Below are positions 27,576 to 35,905 of a stretch of 40,517 nucleotides of DNA, in pieces (within the stretch, counting starts at the first letter, position 1; each line of letters begins with the position of its first letter). This DNA comes from a virus. Its lineage: Duplodnaviria; Caudoviricetes. A program made the position numbers and the translations under genes. The notes under the pieces were generated by a model. That model saw only the letters and a program-made list of their open reading frames with translations. It was not told where the DNA came from and did not search any database. The stretch is from the IMG/VR virus record IMGVR_UViG_3300021082_000318, positions 1-40,517 of that record. One strand, 5' to 3'.

Positions 27576-27793
27576 TTAAGGGAGTGAACAAGCTGCTTGA
27601 TCGCCCATCTCACATCGTTCCAGTAGATCGCTGGCCCGGACGTTGGGTCGACGTTGGCTGCCCTTGTGTATTCCTCAACAACGAGGATGCGAGCTTTGAT
27701 GATGCCATGCTTGGCCACCATGTGTTTGATCGTGTCCCTGATCTTCTGCTCACGTGGAGTGTAGATGATCTGGAACGGTCCAAGGCGCTGCAT
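27551..27793 (-). CDS. hypothetical protein
   Basis: TAATG coupling to upstream gene. Confidence 0.5.
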   Translation of the reverse strand: MQRLGPFQIIYTPREQKIRDTIKHMVAKHGIIKARILVVEEYTRAANVDPTSGPAIYWNDVRWAIKQLVHSLNWGREVGL

Positions 27794-28071
27794 TACGCGC
27801 GCACCTTTCGAGTCTTGCGAGTCTTGGCCTTGCGACGCTTGCGAACGACACCGACCAGTTGGACCTGGGCCAGACGCTCCGTGATCGGAAGGCCCGTCGC
27901 ACTGTCCAGATTGAAGTAAGCCGAGACGATCTCTGCGATGACCCAGGAGACAGACTTCTTCTCCATGCGGGCGATCTGCCTCAACCCATGTTCGACCACG
28001 GGAATGAGGCCGGACGGCTTACTGAGCCTGGTCACTCCCTGAATCCTCGGCTGGCTTCTCCGCTTCTCCAT
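27793..28071 (-). CDS. putative ribbon-helix-helix DNA-binding protein
   Basis: 'GLRQIARMEKKSVSWVIAEIVSAYF' RHH-like helices; basic tail; GGAG RBS before ATG 28071. Confidence 0.55.
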   Translation of the reverse strand: MEKRRSQPRIQGVTRLSKPSGLIPVVEHGLRQIARMEKKSVSWVIAEIVSAYFNLDSATGLPITERLAQVQLVGVVRKRRKAKTRKTRKVRA

Positions 28072-28303
28072 CTGTTGACTCCGTTTCCGATTCCTGACAT
28101 TCCACCCAATCGTTGGGCGTGTGATACTCTTCAAGCTCGCGCAGGTGAATCTCGACTCTCTCGTTCAAGTTCTCACCTTTGCCAACCACCAGAGAGGTTT
28201 CCTTACCGCATATCGGGCAGAGGACAGTGTAGTATTGCATCCCTACACCGGCCTCCGCCATGACAGCGGTGATCTTCTCGTTCAGCGTGACGCCTTTGAT
28301 CAC
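28019..28303 (-). CDS. small CxxC-containing protein
   Basis: GTGA overlap with the helicase stop; 'CPICG...H...H'. Confidence 0.5.
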   Translation of the reverse strand: MIKGVTLNEKITAVMAEAGVGMQYYTVLCPICGKETSLVVGKGENLNERVEIHLRELEEYHTPNDWVECQESETESTDGEAEKPAEDSGSDQAQ

Positions 28304-29892
28304 TTGTATCCCCACCGCTTGAGACCGTTCTTGTAGATCGCGTCGGCCAGATCGCGCATGAGGCTCGACTCGTCCCACGTCAGTTCACGATTGTCCAGCG
28401 TGGACTTCACCGCACGGCGCTTGGTCTCGACCAGATCGCTGAGGAACTCGTCGATCGTCCCGAGAGCGGTGAGGTATATTGCGCTGATCTTATCCGCCAG
28501 CTGTCCAGGACGGGGGAAACGTGCTTCCGCCTGCTCCTCATTGGCCGGATTCCATTGACGCTCCAGCATGAGGCAGTCCGAGCAGCACTGGAGGTTGATG
28601 CCCTCACCCGCGGCGAGAGTCGATGCGATCATGATGCGGTTCTCTGGCAGATGGAACCGATCAATGATGTCCTGACGCTGCTGTCCGTCCAGCCCAGAGT
28701 GGAAGCTCAGGACTGGGGGACGCCCCATGTCCTTCATGGTCTTGTTGAGGCGCTCGGTGAGGAGCTGAGCCACCTGCTTGTGGTGCAAGAACACCACCAG
28801 CTTCCGGTCGCAGTCCAGCAGGAACTCCTCGATGTAGTCCACCGCAGCGGGAACCTTCGCGATACCCGTGATCTTCCGCATCTTGGCGAAGAACGCGAGG
28901 AGGTTCGTATAACCAGCGGGGGACAGCTTGTCCTCGTTGTCGTCCATCCACTCGTTGAACTCTTTCACGGTGTCCGTATACCGCTTGATGAGTTCCTCGT
29001 CGTCCATCTGAACTGGACGGAACGAGCGCATGACCTTGGGGAGATCAGGGAGAACCTCGGCGCGCGTCTTGCGGATGATGAAGTCCTTCGTCTTCTCATG
29101 GAAGCGCGTTGGATTCATGAGTCCGCGACCGAGACATTCGGTGGTGGCGAACTTCGTGAACGAGGGGAACAGTTCCGGTCGCAGGAAGTTCAGCACCGGG
29201 AAGTATTCGAGGGAGTTGTTCTTGACTGCGGTCCCTGACATCGGGATGCGATACTGAGCACCCGCGAGGTTGTCCTTCAGGGCGCGCGACCGCTGGCTGT
29301 CCGGATTCTTGATCGACTGGCACTCGTCGATGATCACAGTCTTATACTGCTTCCAGATTTCCGTGCCCCAGAAGTCGGGGTTAGGAATACCAGCAGTGCC
29401 GTTGCGAGTGATCGTCGGCTTGGTGACCTTGCCCAGCATATCAATCGACATGATGGTGATGGGGAAGATATCCAAGTGGGGACGTTCCATCCCCTTATCG
29501 ATCACTTGCGCGACCATACCGGCCCAGTCGAGGATCTCTCGCTGCCAGTTGATCTTGATCGATGACTTGCAGAAGATGATTGCGGGGAGGGCTGTCGGTT
29601 TATTGCGCGCCAGGAATCCAGTCGCACAGACAGTCTTGCCAAGCGCCATCTCATGGCCGACCAGGCACACGCCGCCTGCCTCTTCCATGAACTTGATTGT
29701 CTCGGCTTGGAATGGGAACAGAGACTTCCCAGACTTAGCAACGAGTGTGATCTCGGCTTCGTTGTTGATGTTCTTGAGGATGAGGCTGTGCCCGCACTTG
29801 AGCGTAATGAAACGTCCAAATGCCAGCTTGACCTCTGCTCCGACTTCAGCAATCTTGCCGCAGTCTTCGCATTTTCTGTGGACTGTTGCCAT
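28300..29892 (-). CDS. SNF2-family (HARP-like) helicase
   Basis: 'LFPFQ', 'EMALGKT', 'IIDECQ', 'SGT', 'GEGINL', 'WNPANEEQAEAR'. Confidence 0.9.
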   Translation of the reverse strand: MATVHRKCEDCGKIAEVGAEVKLAFGRFITLKCGHSLILKNINNEAEITLVAKSGKSLFPFQAETIKFMEEAGGVCLVGHEMALGKTVCATGFLARNKPTALPAIIFCKSSIKINWQREILDWAGMVAQVIDKGMERPHLDIFPITIMSIDMLGKVTKPTITRNGTAGIPNPDFWGTEIWKQYKTVIIDECQSIKNPDSQRSRALKDNLAGAQYRIPMSGTAVKNNSLEYFPVLNFLRPELFPSFTKFATTECLGRGLMNPTRFHEKTKDFIIRKTRAEVLPDLPKVMRSFRPVQMDDEELIKRYTDTVKEFNEWMDDNEDKLSPAGYTNLLAFFAKMRKITGIAKVPAAVDYIEEFLLDCDRKLVVFLHHKQVAQLLTERLNKTMKDMGRPPVLSFHSGLDGQQRQDIIDRFHLPENRIMIASTLAAGEGINLQCCSDCLMLERQWNPANEEQAEARFPRPGQLADKISAIYLTALGTIDEFLSDLVETKRRAVKSTLDNRELTWDESSLMRDLADAIYKNGLKRWGYK

Positions 29893-29961
29893 ATCTCCTA
29901 CTCGTTACCGTCGTAAAACGGTCTGCCGTCCAGATTGTCCTGAGCGCGACCGTGCAAGATA

Positions 29962-29990
29962 AGGATAGCACAGCCGCGCCCAAAAGTCAA
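29962..29990 (-). promoter_or_regulatory. sigma70-like promoter for the helicase/replication genes
   Basis: TTGACT-17 nt-TATCCT with extended -10 TG, intergenic. Confidence 0.6.
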
Positions 29991-29999
29991 GTTTTAAGT

Positions 30000-30242
30000 C
30001 TATTCCAGTCGTGCGAGGCGGTCCTGAATGAGCTGTGCGACAGCCTGGTCGATGGAGTTCTTGATGGTCGTATCAGTCAGACGCTTGGCGAGATAGACAT
30101 CGACTGCCTTCTCGATCTCGATCCTGTAACCTCCGAGCAGAGCGTCCACGCGGCTATCGACGACTCGACGAACTGCGTTGGCAACCGCCTCCTTGACAGG
30201 TGCCTCGAAGACGGCCTGCTCGATCTCGACTTCAATCTTCAT
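30000..30242 (-). CDS. hypothetical helical protein
   Basis: GGAG RBS; 80 aa. Confidence 0.55.
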   Translation of the reverse strand: MKIEVEIEQAVFEAPVKEAVANAVRRVVDSRVDALLGGYRIEIEKAVDVYLAKRLTDTTIKNSIDQAVAQLIQDRLARLE

Positions 30243-30244
30243 GA

Positions 30245-30484
30245 CTATGACTCCACTCCGTTGTAGCAGATGATGAGATGCTTCTCACTGAGCACGAGTG
30301 CGATCGACTCCTTGTGATCGTTCGTGGACATTAGATAGACCTCTGATGGCTCTGGCTTGACGTATTGACAGTGCCAGCAGGCGTATAGGTGGTAAGAACC
30401 GCTGCCACCATCCTGTAATGGTATGTTAGCAGCGGTTCCGATAAGCTCCCACGTGTGCTCGTGAACCTTCGTGGGAGGCAGCAT
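30245..30484 (-). CDS. hypothetical protein (HxH...CxxC)
   Basis: ATG 30484 by TAATG coupling. Confidence 0.5.
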   Translation of the reverse strand: MLPPTKVHEHTWELIGTAANIPLQDGGSGSYHLYACWHCQYVKPEPSEVYLMSTNDHKESIALVLSEKHLIICYNGVES

Positions 30485-30573
30485 TAGCCTTTGCGCTCCA
30501 TGACGTCCATGAACAACGCCAGGAGCCAGACGCCGATGACGGTCCATGTTGCTGTCCAAGCGAGGTAGGACAT
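30484..30573 (-). CDS. 29-aa single-TM peptide
   Basis: MSYLAWTATWTVIGVWLLALFMDVMERKG; TAATG coupling at both ends. Confidence 0.55.
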   Translation of the reverse strand: MSYLAWTATWTVIGVWLLALFMDVMERKG

Positions 30574-31673
30574 TACATCCACCCCATCTTCTTCAGCTGC
30601 CCGTCGATCCACTCGTCCGTGAACCCGTTGGCGCGCCAGTCCTCGCGGAACTTGTCGATCTTGTTCCGACGCTGCTGGGGACTGACCTTCTTGACTGTGC
30701 CAGTCCCGTCCCCCTGAGCCTTACGCTTCCGCTGCCCGATACGAACCCCGGCCTCTCGATAATACTTGTCCTTCTCTTCCTTCTTCATGCTCTCGACGCG
30801 CATGAGAAGCACGGTCCTGCTGGCCTTGAGCTGGAGCTTGGCGCGATGCAGCCGACGTTCCAGAAGATTGACTCTGGCCTCGACTTCCTCGATCGGTGTC
30901 GCTGCGTTGATCAGGACCTCGTCGTTGTAGAGGATCCGATCATCGTCATCCATCGTCATGACCTCGGCGCGCTGGGCCTCGTCAGGATGGACGATCTTGC
31001 CCTGCATCGGGTCATCGACTTCGTTGACAAGTGCCATCTCACCAGCGAAACAGACATCGCACATGAGGATCGGTTCCTTCATGTTGGGCGTCTTGACACT
31101 GTGGAGATGCTTCTGGATGAAGCCGCAGGCCTCACAAGCCGTTGTGGCCTCTTTCGTGGCCTCAACCGCTGCTACGACCTCGGGCAGGACACCAGGCAGT
31201 GCTTCAGAAGGCAGAGGCAGATCGGTCAGGGCGTTGATGGTCTCACCGATCGAGGGAGTCCGTGGTGTTGCAAGGCGCGCGTCCTGCTGCTCCTCGCTGG
31301 CCGGACTCCATGCGGTTGCCTCAGAATGAGCCTTTGCGTCGGGGACCGTCTGAGGGGATGGAGCGGACGAAACCGTCGCGGGAGTTGGGAAGTCCAGATC
31401 GTCCCATCCCGTATCGACGACCACACTTGAGGCATCGTCGCTCTTTGACGTGCTCTTGTCCGGAGCGGGTGCGGGAGTTGTCGACTCGGGCATTGCGCTC
31501 GACGATGGCACCACCGCAGCGGCAGGTGTCTCGCATTCTAGTATCTCCTCATCAACGAATCCGATCTCCTCAGCGGCCAGCGTCTCGATTCCTGCCTGGC
31601 ACTCATCACACGTGGTCCCTGCCATGTCGAGCGGCATGGTATCTCCACAAACATCGCAAAATCTCTGCTCCAC
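30573..31673 (-). CDS. hypothetical protein with two Zn-ribbon-like motifs, disordered linker and basic coiled-coil tail
   Basis: CDVC/CDEC and CEAC/CDVC; GGAGG RBS. Confidence 0.65.
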   Translation of the reverse strand: MEQRFCDVCGDTMPLDMAGTTCDECQAGIETLAAEEIGFVDEEILECETPAAAVVPSSSAMPESTTPAPAPDKSTSKSDDASSVVVDTGWDDLDFPTPATVSSAPSPQTVPDAKAHSEATAWSPASEEQQDARLATPRTPSIGETINALTDLPLPSEALPGVLPEVVAAVEATKEATTACEACGFIQKHLHSVKTPNMKEPILMCDVCFAGEMALVNEVDDPMQGKIVHPDEAQRAEVMTMDDDDRILYNDEVLINAATPIEEVEARVNLLERRLHRAKLQLKASRTVLLMRVESMKKEEKDKYYREAGVRIGQRKRKAQGDGTGTVKKVSPQQRRNKIDKFREDWRANGFTDEWIDGQLKKMGWM

Positions 31674-31675
31674 GA

Positions 31676-31888
31676 CTAACCTCCGATCCTTTCGATCATC
31701 TTCTTGACCGCGTTGAGGCCTTCCAGCACTGTGATCAGATCATCCTCGACGAGCAGGACAATGGCATCGAGCCGTTCCTGCGTGGGGACGTTGAGTGAGG
31801 GGATCTTGCCCGTCCGTGCATACGCCATGAGAAGCTGGCGCAGGACGGCCTTCTGAAAAGCCTTACGGTCTGTAACTGTGTGTTCCAC
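31676..31888 (-). CDS. hypothetical protein
   Basis: GTG 31888 with GGAGG RBS (MEHTVTDRKAF...). Confidence 0.6.
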   Translation of the reverse strand: MEHTVTDRKAFQKAVLRQLLMAYARTGKIPSLNVPTQERLDAIVLLVEDDLITVLEGLNAVKKMIERIGG

Positions 31889-31908
31889 TCGATCCTCCAA
31901 AAGAATAT

Positions 31909-31923
31909 GTTCAGCGGATGAAC
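31909..31923. promoter_or_regulatory. GTTCA-N5-TGAAC palindrome (copy 2)
   Basis: GTTCAGCGGATGAAC, intergenic, with an adjacent half-site ending at 31940. Confidence 0.6.
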
Positions 31924-31950
31924 TTATCCGTCCGCTGAACCTCGTTGCTG

Positions 31951-32172
31951 CTAGAACGACACCATCGCGTAGTCGTCCTTCTCCGCCTCCGTCATATAGT
32001 TCTGGAGGTTCCACTCCGTGATCGTGGCCTCATTCTCGCTGAGGTAGCGCATCACATCGTTGAGCGTCCTGAATCGGAGATAATCGAACATCTCCTCGCC
32101 GTCGATCACCTCGGTGGTCTTAGCTTCGAGGTAATACTTGAACGTCTCGCCCATCTTGCCAACGATCGCCAT
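31951..32172 (-). CDS. hypothetical protein
   Basis: ATG 32172 by TAATG coupling. Confidence 0.55.
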   Translation of the reverse strand: MAIVGKMGETFKYYLEAKTTEVIDGEEMFDYLRFRTLNDVMRYLSENEATITEWNLQNYMTEAEKDDYAMVSF

Positions 32173-32504
32173 TAGTAGTCGAATCCTCTCTCTGCTCGAT
32201 CCGCGCATGAATCACACTGATACCCGCGAGCGCGATCCGCTGGTGTCAGACGATTGGGTGCCTCGCAATTGGGGCACGGGAGGTTCCGGGGATTGTCGCG
32301 AGTCGCCGCTCTGAGGGCAGAGTTGCCACCGGGGTCAGCGAAGTCCGTCCCGTCGCCTGCCGAGCCGTAGTGCTCGTCATCGTAGTCGGGACCGAAGGCG
32401 CGATACTCGTGATCATCTTCCTCGAGATCTCGGTCATCGGTGTCCGGCTCGTCCTCGGGATAGTCGGCATCGCGGTCGTGGTCGATCTCATCATCCCATG
32501 CCAT
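32172..32504 (-). CDS. acidic protein with C-terminal Zn ribbon
   Basis: Asp/Glu-rich N-terminus; CPNC...CDSC. Confidence 0.65.
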   Translation of the reverse strand: MAWDDEIDHDRDADYPEDEPDTDDRDLEEDDHEYRAFGPDYDDEHYGSAGDGTDFADPGGNSALRAATRDNPRNLPCPNCEAPNRLTPADRARGYQCDSCADRAERGFDY

Positions 32505-32506
32505 GA

Positions 32507-32836
32507 CTATTTGCCCCCTTCCAGGACCATGTGCGTGAAGTCCCGATACTGCCAGCTGTGGAGCTTGGGGTTCAGCACACGATAGGGGATCGTGTTGACG
32601 TCGTGGCTGATGATCTTGACTTCAGCGACACCATTCTGGTCCTTGACGATCTCGTAATCCGCACGAGGGTTGTCCACCAGGGGGTGCTGAGGCTGGTCGT
32701 ATTTGTGGAAGCGGTCACAGAATAGGATGGTGACCGTCTGATTGGCGTCGTCGAACAGGCCCTGAAGATACCAGTTCCAGTTGATGCCGCCGCTGAGGTA
32801 GGTGCGAATCTCGATCTCGCCTTGCTGTTGTTCCAC
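32507..32836 (-). CDS. hypothetical early protein
   Basis: first ORF downstream of the consensus promoter; GGAG RBS. Confidence 0.6.
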   Translation of the reverse strand: MEQQQGEIEIRTYLSGGINWNWYLQGLFDDANQTVTILFCDRFHKYDQPQHPLVDNPRADYEIVKDQNGVAEVKIISHDVNTIPYRVLNPKLHSWQYRDFTHMVLEGGK

Positions 32837-32914
32837 GATTCCGTCTCCGTTTCCTTGCGAGGCCCGTCTGAGGGGGGCTGGATGCCCGGCCTAGACTTTC
32901 CCGCGATGCCGTCC

Positions 32915-32943
32915 ATTATATCACACTTTGGGGGCGGTGTCAA
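32915..32943 (-). promoter_or_regulatory. perfect sigma70 consensus early promoter
   Basis: TTGACA-17 nt-TATAAT with extended -10 TG on the minus strand. Confidence 0.9.
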
Positions 32944-33016
32944 GCGTATAGAGGCGCGCTCGATATGCGTCAATGCCCAATGACTTAATGTTCAGCGGGA
33001 ATGACGTATCCAATTT

Positions 33017-33442
33017 TGGTATCTTCATGGTATAGCTCTGGTATGGCTATGGTAGAGGGCTGGTAGGGCTATGGTATCGGAAAACTGCGCTGATCATTTA
33101 TTTCGCGCCCAAATATGCGGAAAGCGCGTCCACCCCCTCCCCCTCCACCAGGGGCGACCTCCCCCCTCCCTCCCCCCGCCTCAGCCACCACCGGATGATA
33201 CGTTTCCTCATTACTCTCTTATATATATATAATAGATAGTATAGAGGACCCAAGAGGAGGGCCGACAGTATGCCTGATTAACCACATCTGGAAAGGGGTA
33301 TATCGGGCGGGGGTCCATCGGGAGGGGGGACGGGGGGTCTGCCATGATCGCGCCAAAACCCCAATCAATCGGGGCGAAAATGCAGAAAAACTATACCAGC
33401 CCGATACCAGGATGATACCATAGCTCTACCATAGCTCTACCA
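33017..33442. repeat. origin-like element: inverted 11-bp-period iteron arrays around an AT core
   Basis: TGGTA at 33017/28/39/50/61/72; TACCA at 33394/405/416/427/438; (AT)n core near 33220-33235. Confidence 0.75.
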
Positions 33443-33643
33443 GAAAAGGGGGCGAAAGTCACGTCATTTCCCACGAGGTTAATGTTCATTTTCCGATTTG
33501 AACAATGATCGGGAGGGCTGCCCTGACCCACGCGGGTCGGCCATTGGAAATGATCTAGGCCCCTCCGAAAATGTTCAGGGGGCATCAGGCGCATCGGAGC
33601 CGTATCGTTCACCCGCCCCCTGTCGGAATAGTGACGTTAGAAT

Positions 33644-33658
33644 GTTCATCCGCTGAAC
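33644..33658. promoter_or_regulatory. GTTCA-N5-TGAAC palindrome (copy 3)
   Basis: GTTCATCCGCTGAAC, the exact reverse complement of copy 2. Confidence 0.6.
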
Positions 33659-33804
33659 AATTCGGACAGTGCAATGCAGTCGCGCGCGGCAGTTCGGTCA
33701 GTGCAAGGCATTGGAGCGCAGGCATAGCCAGGCACTTGCCGTGCTGGCCGGAGGCGCTCGAAGTCTGAGAGGGGGAAAGACGCGGGAGGGAGGGAAAGAG
33801 AGAG

Positions 33805-33832
33805 GGAGGGAGGGGTGGTTGCCCCTCCCCCC
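33805..33832 (-). terminator. putative intrinsic terminator
   Basis: GGGGGGAGGGG-CAACCA-CCCCUCCCUCC stem then a pyrimidine tract, just after the 33841 stop. Confidence 0.55.
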
Positions 33833-33840
33833 GTGGTAGG

Positions 33841-34224
33841 CTAGACCGGGAGGCCTGCCGCCTGCCGCTGCGCGACGATCAGCTCGCGCGCCGCTTCCGC
33901 CGTGAAGCCCTGCGTCACCAAGAAATCGACGCCCTTGGCAATCTGCTTCTCCGGACCCTGAGACATGCGGCTCGCCTTCTGCCGCTCCGCCTGGCGCACG
34001 ATCAGGTCGTGGCCGTAGTTGAAGGCGCGAACGATATAGGCGGCAGCGTCCGCCGTCTTTTCCTCGTCCGTCTCGCCCTTGGCACGCGCCTGAGCGATTG
34101 CCCGGATGTCGCCGTTGTTCTCCGCGACGTCCTTCACGTAGGAGTGCTTGAAGGGCGCCTTCGCGTTTCCTTCCGCGTCCTTGCCCTCGACCGGAATTGC
34201 CAGCTCGACCGTTTCCTTTTTCAC
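33841..34224 (-). CDS. stand-alone hypothetical protein with own promoter and terminator
   Basis: GTG 34224 with AAGGA RBS; 127 aa, strongly GC3-biased codons. Confidence 0.7.
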   Translation of the reverse strand: MKKETVELAIPVEGKDAEGNAKAPFKHSYVKDVAENNGDIRAIAQARAKGETDEEKTADAAAYIVRAFNYGHDLIVRQAERQKASRMSQGPEKQIAKGVDFLVTQGFTAEAARELIVAQRQAAGLPV

Positions 34225-34277
34225 GACTTCTGTCCTTTGATGTCGGGAGGTGAACCGAACCCCGCCGAACTGGATAC

Positions 34278-34307
34278 AGTATCGCATGGGGGGCGGGGGG
34301 CTGTCAA
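34278..34307 (-). promoter_or_regulatory. sigma70-like promoter
   Basis: TTGACA-18 nt-GATACT with extended -10 TG and an upstream A tract. Confidence 0.6.
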
Positions 34308-34555
34308 TACTTTTTTTCGCAAAGTGAGCGACAATGTTTTGACGCTAACCACGGGGCAGGGTGTAATATATACACAGTGCCAGAGGCGCGTAACATTTAC
34401 ACAGTTAAGTCTATCAGGCTCACATCCAGGCGCTTGGATAACCACATCCATTCGGTTGGATCGCAGGGTATGTATCATTATGAGACATGACAGAATCCCG
34501 ACATGATGTCAGCGCACCGACACCATGCGTCAATCCATTGACGTTGCCCGGCTCC

Positions 34556-34693
34556 CCCTCCCCCCTCCGGGGACCCTCACGGGTCCCATGTCCCCCCGGA
34601 GGGGGGAAGGGTTCCACGCGGTCAAAATACGCTAAGTCAGATTCACCCCGGACACAAGATCAAATCTCAAACGGGTCCCATAACGGGTCCCAT
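34556..34693. repeat. GC-rich inverted repeat plus three ACGGGTCCCAT direct repeats
   Basis: CCCCCCTCCGGGG...CCCCGGAGGGGGG stem; ACGGGTCCCAT at 34579, 34671 and 34683. Confidence 0.6.
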
Positions 34694-34725
34694 CCACTAC
34701 CTCGTAACTTCTGCCACGAGAATAA

Positions 34726-34740
34726 GTTCAGCCAATGAAC
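34726..34740. promoter_or_regulatory. GTTCA-N5-TGAAC palindrome (copy 4)
   Basis: GTTCAGCCAATGAAC, 37 nt upstream of the -35 at 34778. Confidence 0.6.
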
Positions 34741-34777
34741 ATATCGAAACTTGCGAAAACAGGCGCAAAAGGAGGGC

Positions 34778-34806
34778 TTGACAATTCAGGGGAACCATGC
34801 TACACT
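34778..34806 (+). promoter_or_regulatory. sigma70-like promoter for the rightward packaging operon
   Basis: TTGACA-17 nt-TACACT with extended -10 TG. Confidence 0.75.
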
Positions 34807-34830
34807 TGTCGCGCGGGAGAGTATCGATAG

Positions 34831-35598
34831 ATGTGGATTTCGGAAGACATTGCACAGGCGCGCATCAGGAGCAGTGCCAACATTCTCTCACGCGTCAATC
34901 GCGACGAGAGCGCACCAGCGGACTACCCTGTCGCCATCCCTGTGCTCCCTGACCCCGATTCCACGTCCGAGCCTGAACCTGAAGGCTTCATCAGTGAGAT
35001 TGGACATGCCAATGGAGATGGACAGAGGTCCGCCGACGAACTAGCATCGATCGCCGCCGAGGCGATACTGGCCACGTCAGACGATCTAGAACCTGGGGTT
35101 CTCGAAAGCCTCAGAGCAACGCTGGCCCTCGGTCGCCCGCGCAAGATGCCGCTAACCCATCGAGAAGCAGCAGACGCTGTGGTCGTGGGTCAGATGGTTG
35201 GCTTTGAGCACTCGGCAGCAATCTTCGACCGGAGCAGGCGTCATCTCGAACAGACTGGCACGCACGGCAATCAGGTGCACACGCCGGGCTACATCACACC
35301 GAACCACGATGTAGCAATCATGATCGAGGCGGAGCGCACCAAGCTCCGAACGAAGGCATACGACCGGTTGAATCACACGTTGGATTGCCTCTCCAACGAG
35401 AAGATCAACAAGGTCGAGAAAGCGCGCGAGCTGACCAGCATTGCCGTGCAGCTTGCAACCGTCGCAGACAAGATGCTACCGAAGGACATGAGGCAGGAGG
35501 AGAACGTGCACCTCCACATCTTCCGTCCCGAGGTGCGCAAGCAATCGGATTACGAAATCGTCGAGGTCGGCGAGCAGCGGGAACAGGAGCAGAGATAA
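34831..35598 (+). CDS. hypothetical protein, terminase small subunit candidate
   Basis: first gene of the operon leading to TerL; helical C-terminal half ending in a short beta strand; assignment mainly positional. Confidence 0.45.
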   Translation: MWISEDIAQARIRSSANILSRVNRDESAPADYPVAIPVLPDPDSTSEPEPEGFISEIGHANGDGQRSADELASIAAEAILATSDDLEPGVLESLRATLALGRPRKMPLTHREAADAVVVGQMVGFEHSAAIFDRSRRHLEQTGTHGNQVHTPGYITPNHDVAIMIEAERTKLRTKAYDRLNHTLDCLSNEKINKVEKARELTSIAVQLATVADKMLPKDMRQEENVHLHIFRPEVRKQSDYEIVEVGEQREQEQR

Positions 35599-35600
35599 CG

Positions 35601-35852
35601 ATGACCGGAATCGGACCAGTAAACGGATCAGTAGCAACACAACCACGTCAGGAAAACGGAGTCGTCCGTAAGCTCAAGGACGGCTTTGGCTTCATCGCTG
35701 GCAACGACGGGAAGGACTACTTCTTCCATTGGTCAGCAATGCAGAAGACCACGAAAGATTTCCGGCAGCTCGAAGTAGGCGATCGTGTCGAGTTCCTTTG
35801 TCTCGACGCAGAGAAGGGACCACGCGCCATCGAAGTTCGAGTGACAGGCTAG
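35601..35852 (+). CDS. cold-shock domain protein
   Basis: RNP1 'GFGFI', RNP2 'YFFHWS', 'GDRVEF', 'KGPRA'. Confidence 0.9.
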   Translation: MTGIGPVNGSVATQPRQENGVVRKLKDGFGFIAGNDGKDYFFHWSAMQKTTKDFRQLEVGDRVEFLCLDAEKGPRAIEVRVTG

Positions 35853-35905
35853 GATATCGGAATCAACCATCGTCGCACAAACCGTCAACCAGGAGAACGC
35901 ACACC

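Noticed and set aside
30546-31430. Long plus-strand ORFs opposite the early operon (also 28555-29238, 29270-29962)
   Set aside because: Antisense to well-supported genes in GC-rich DNA; no motifs.
33017-33442. CRISPR array
   Set aside because: Repeat period is 11 bp with 5-bp cores and no spacers; the Cas4-like nuclease sits in a recombination module with no other cas genes.
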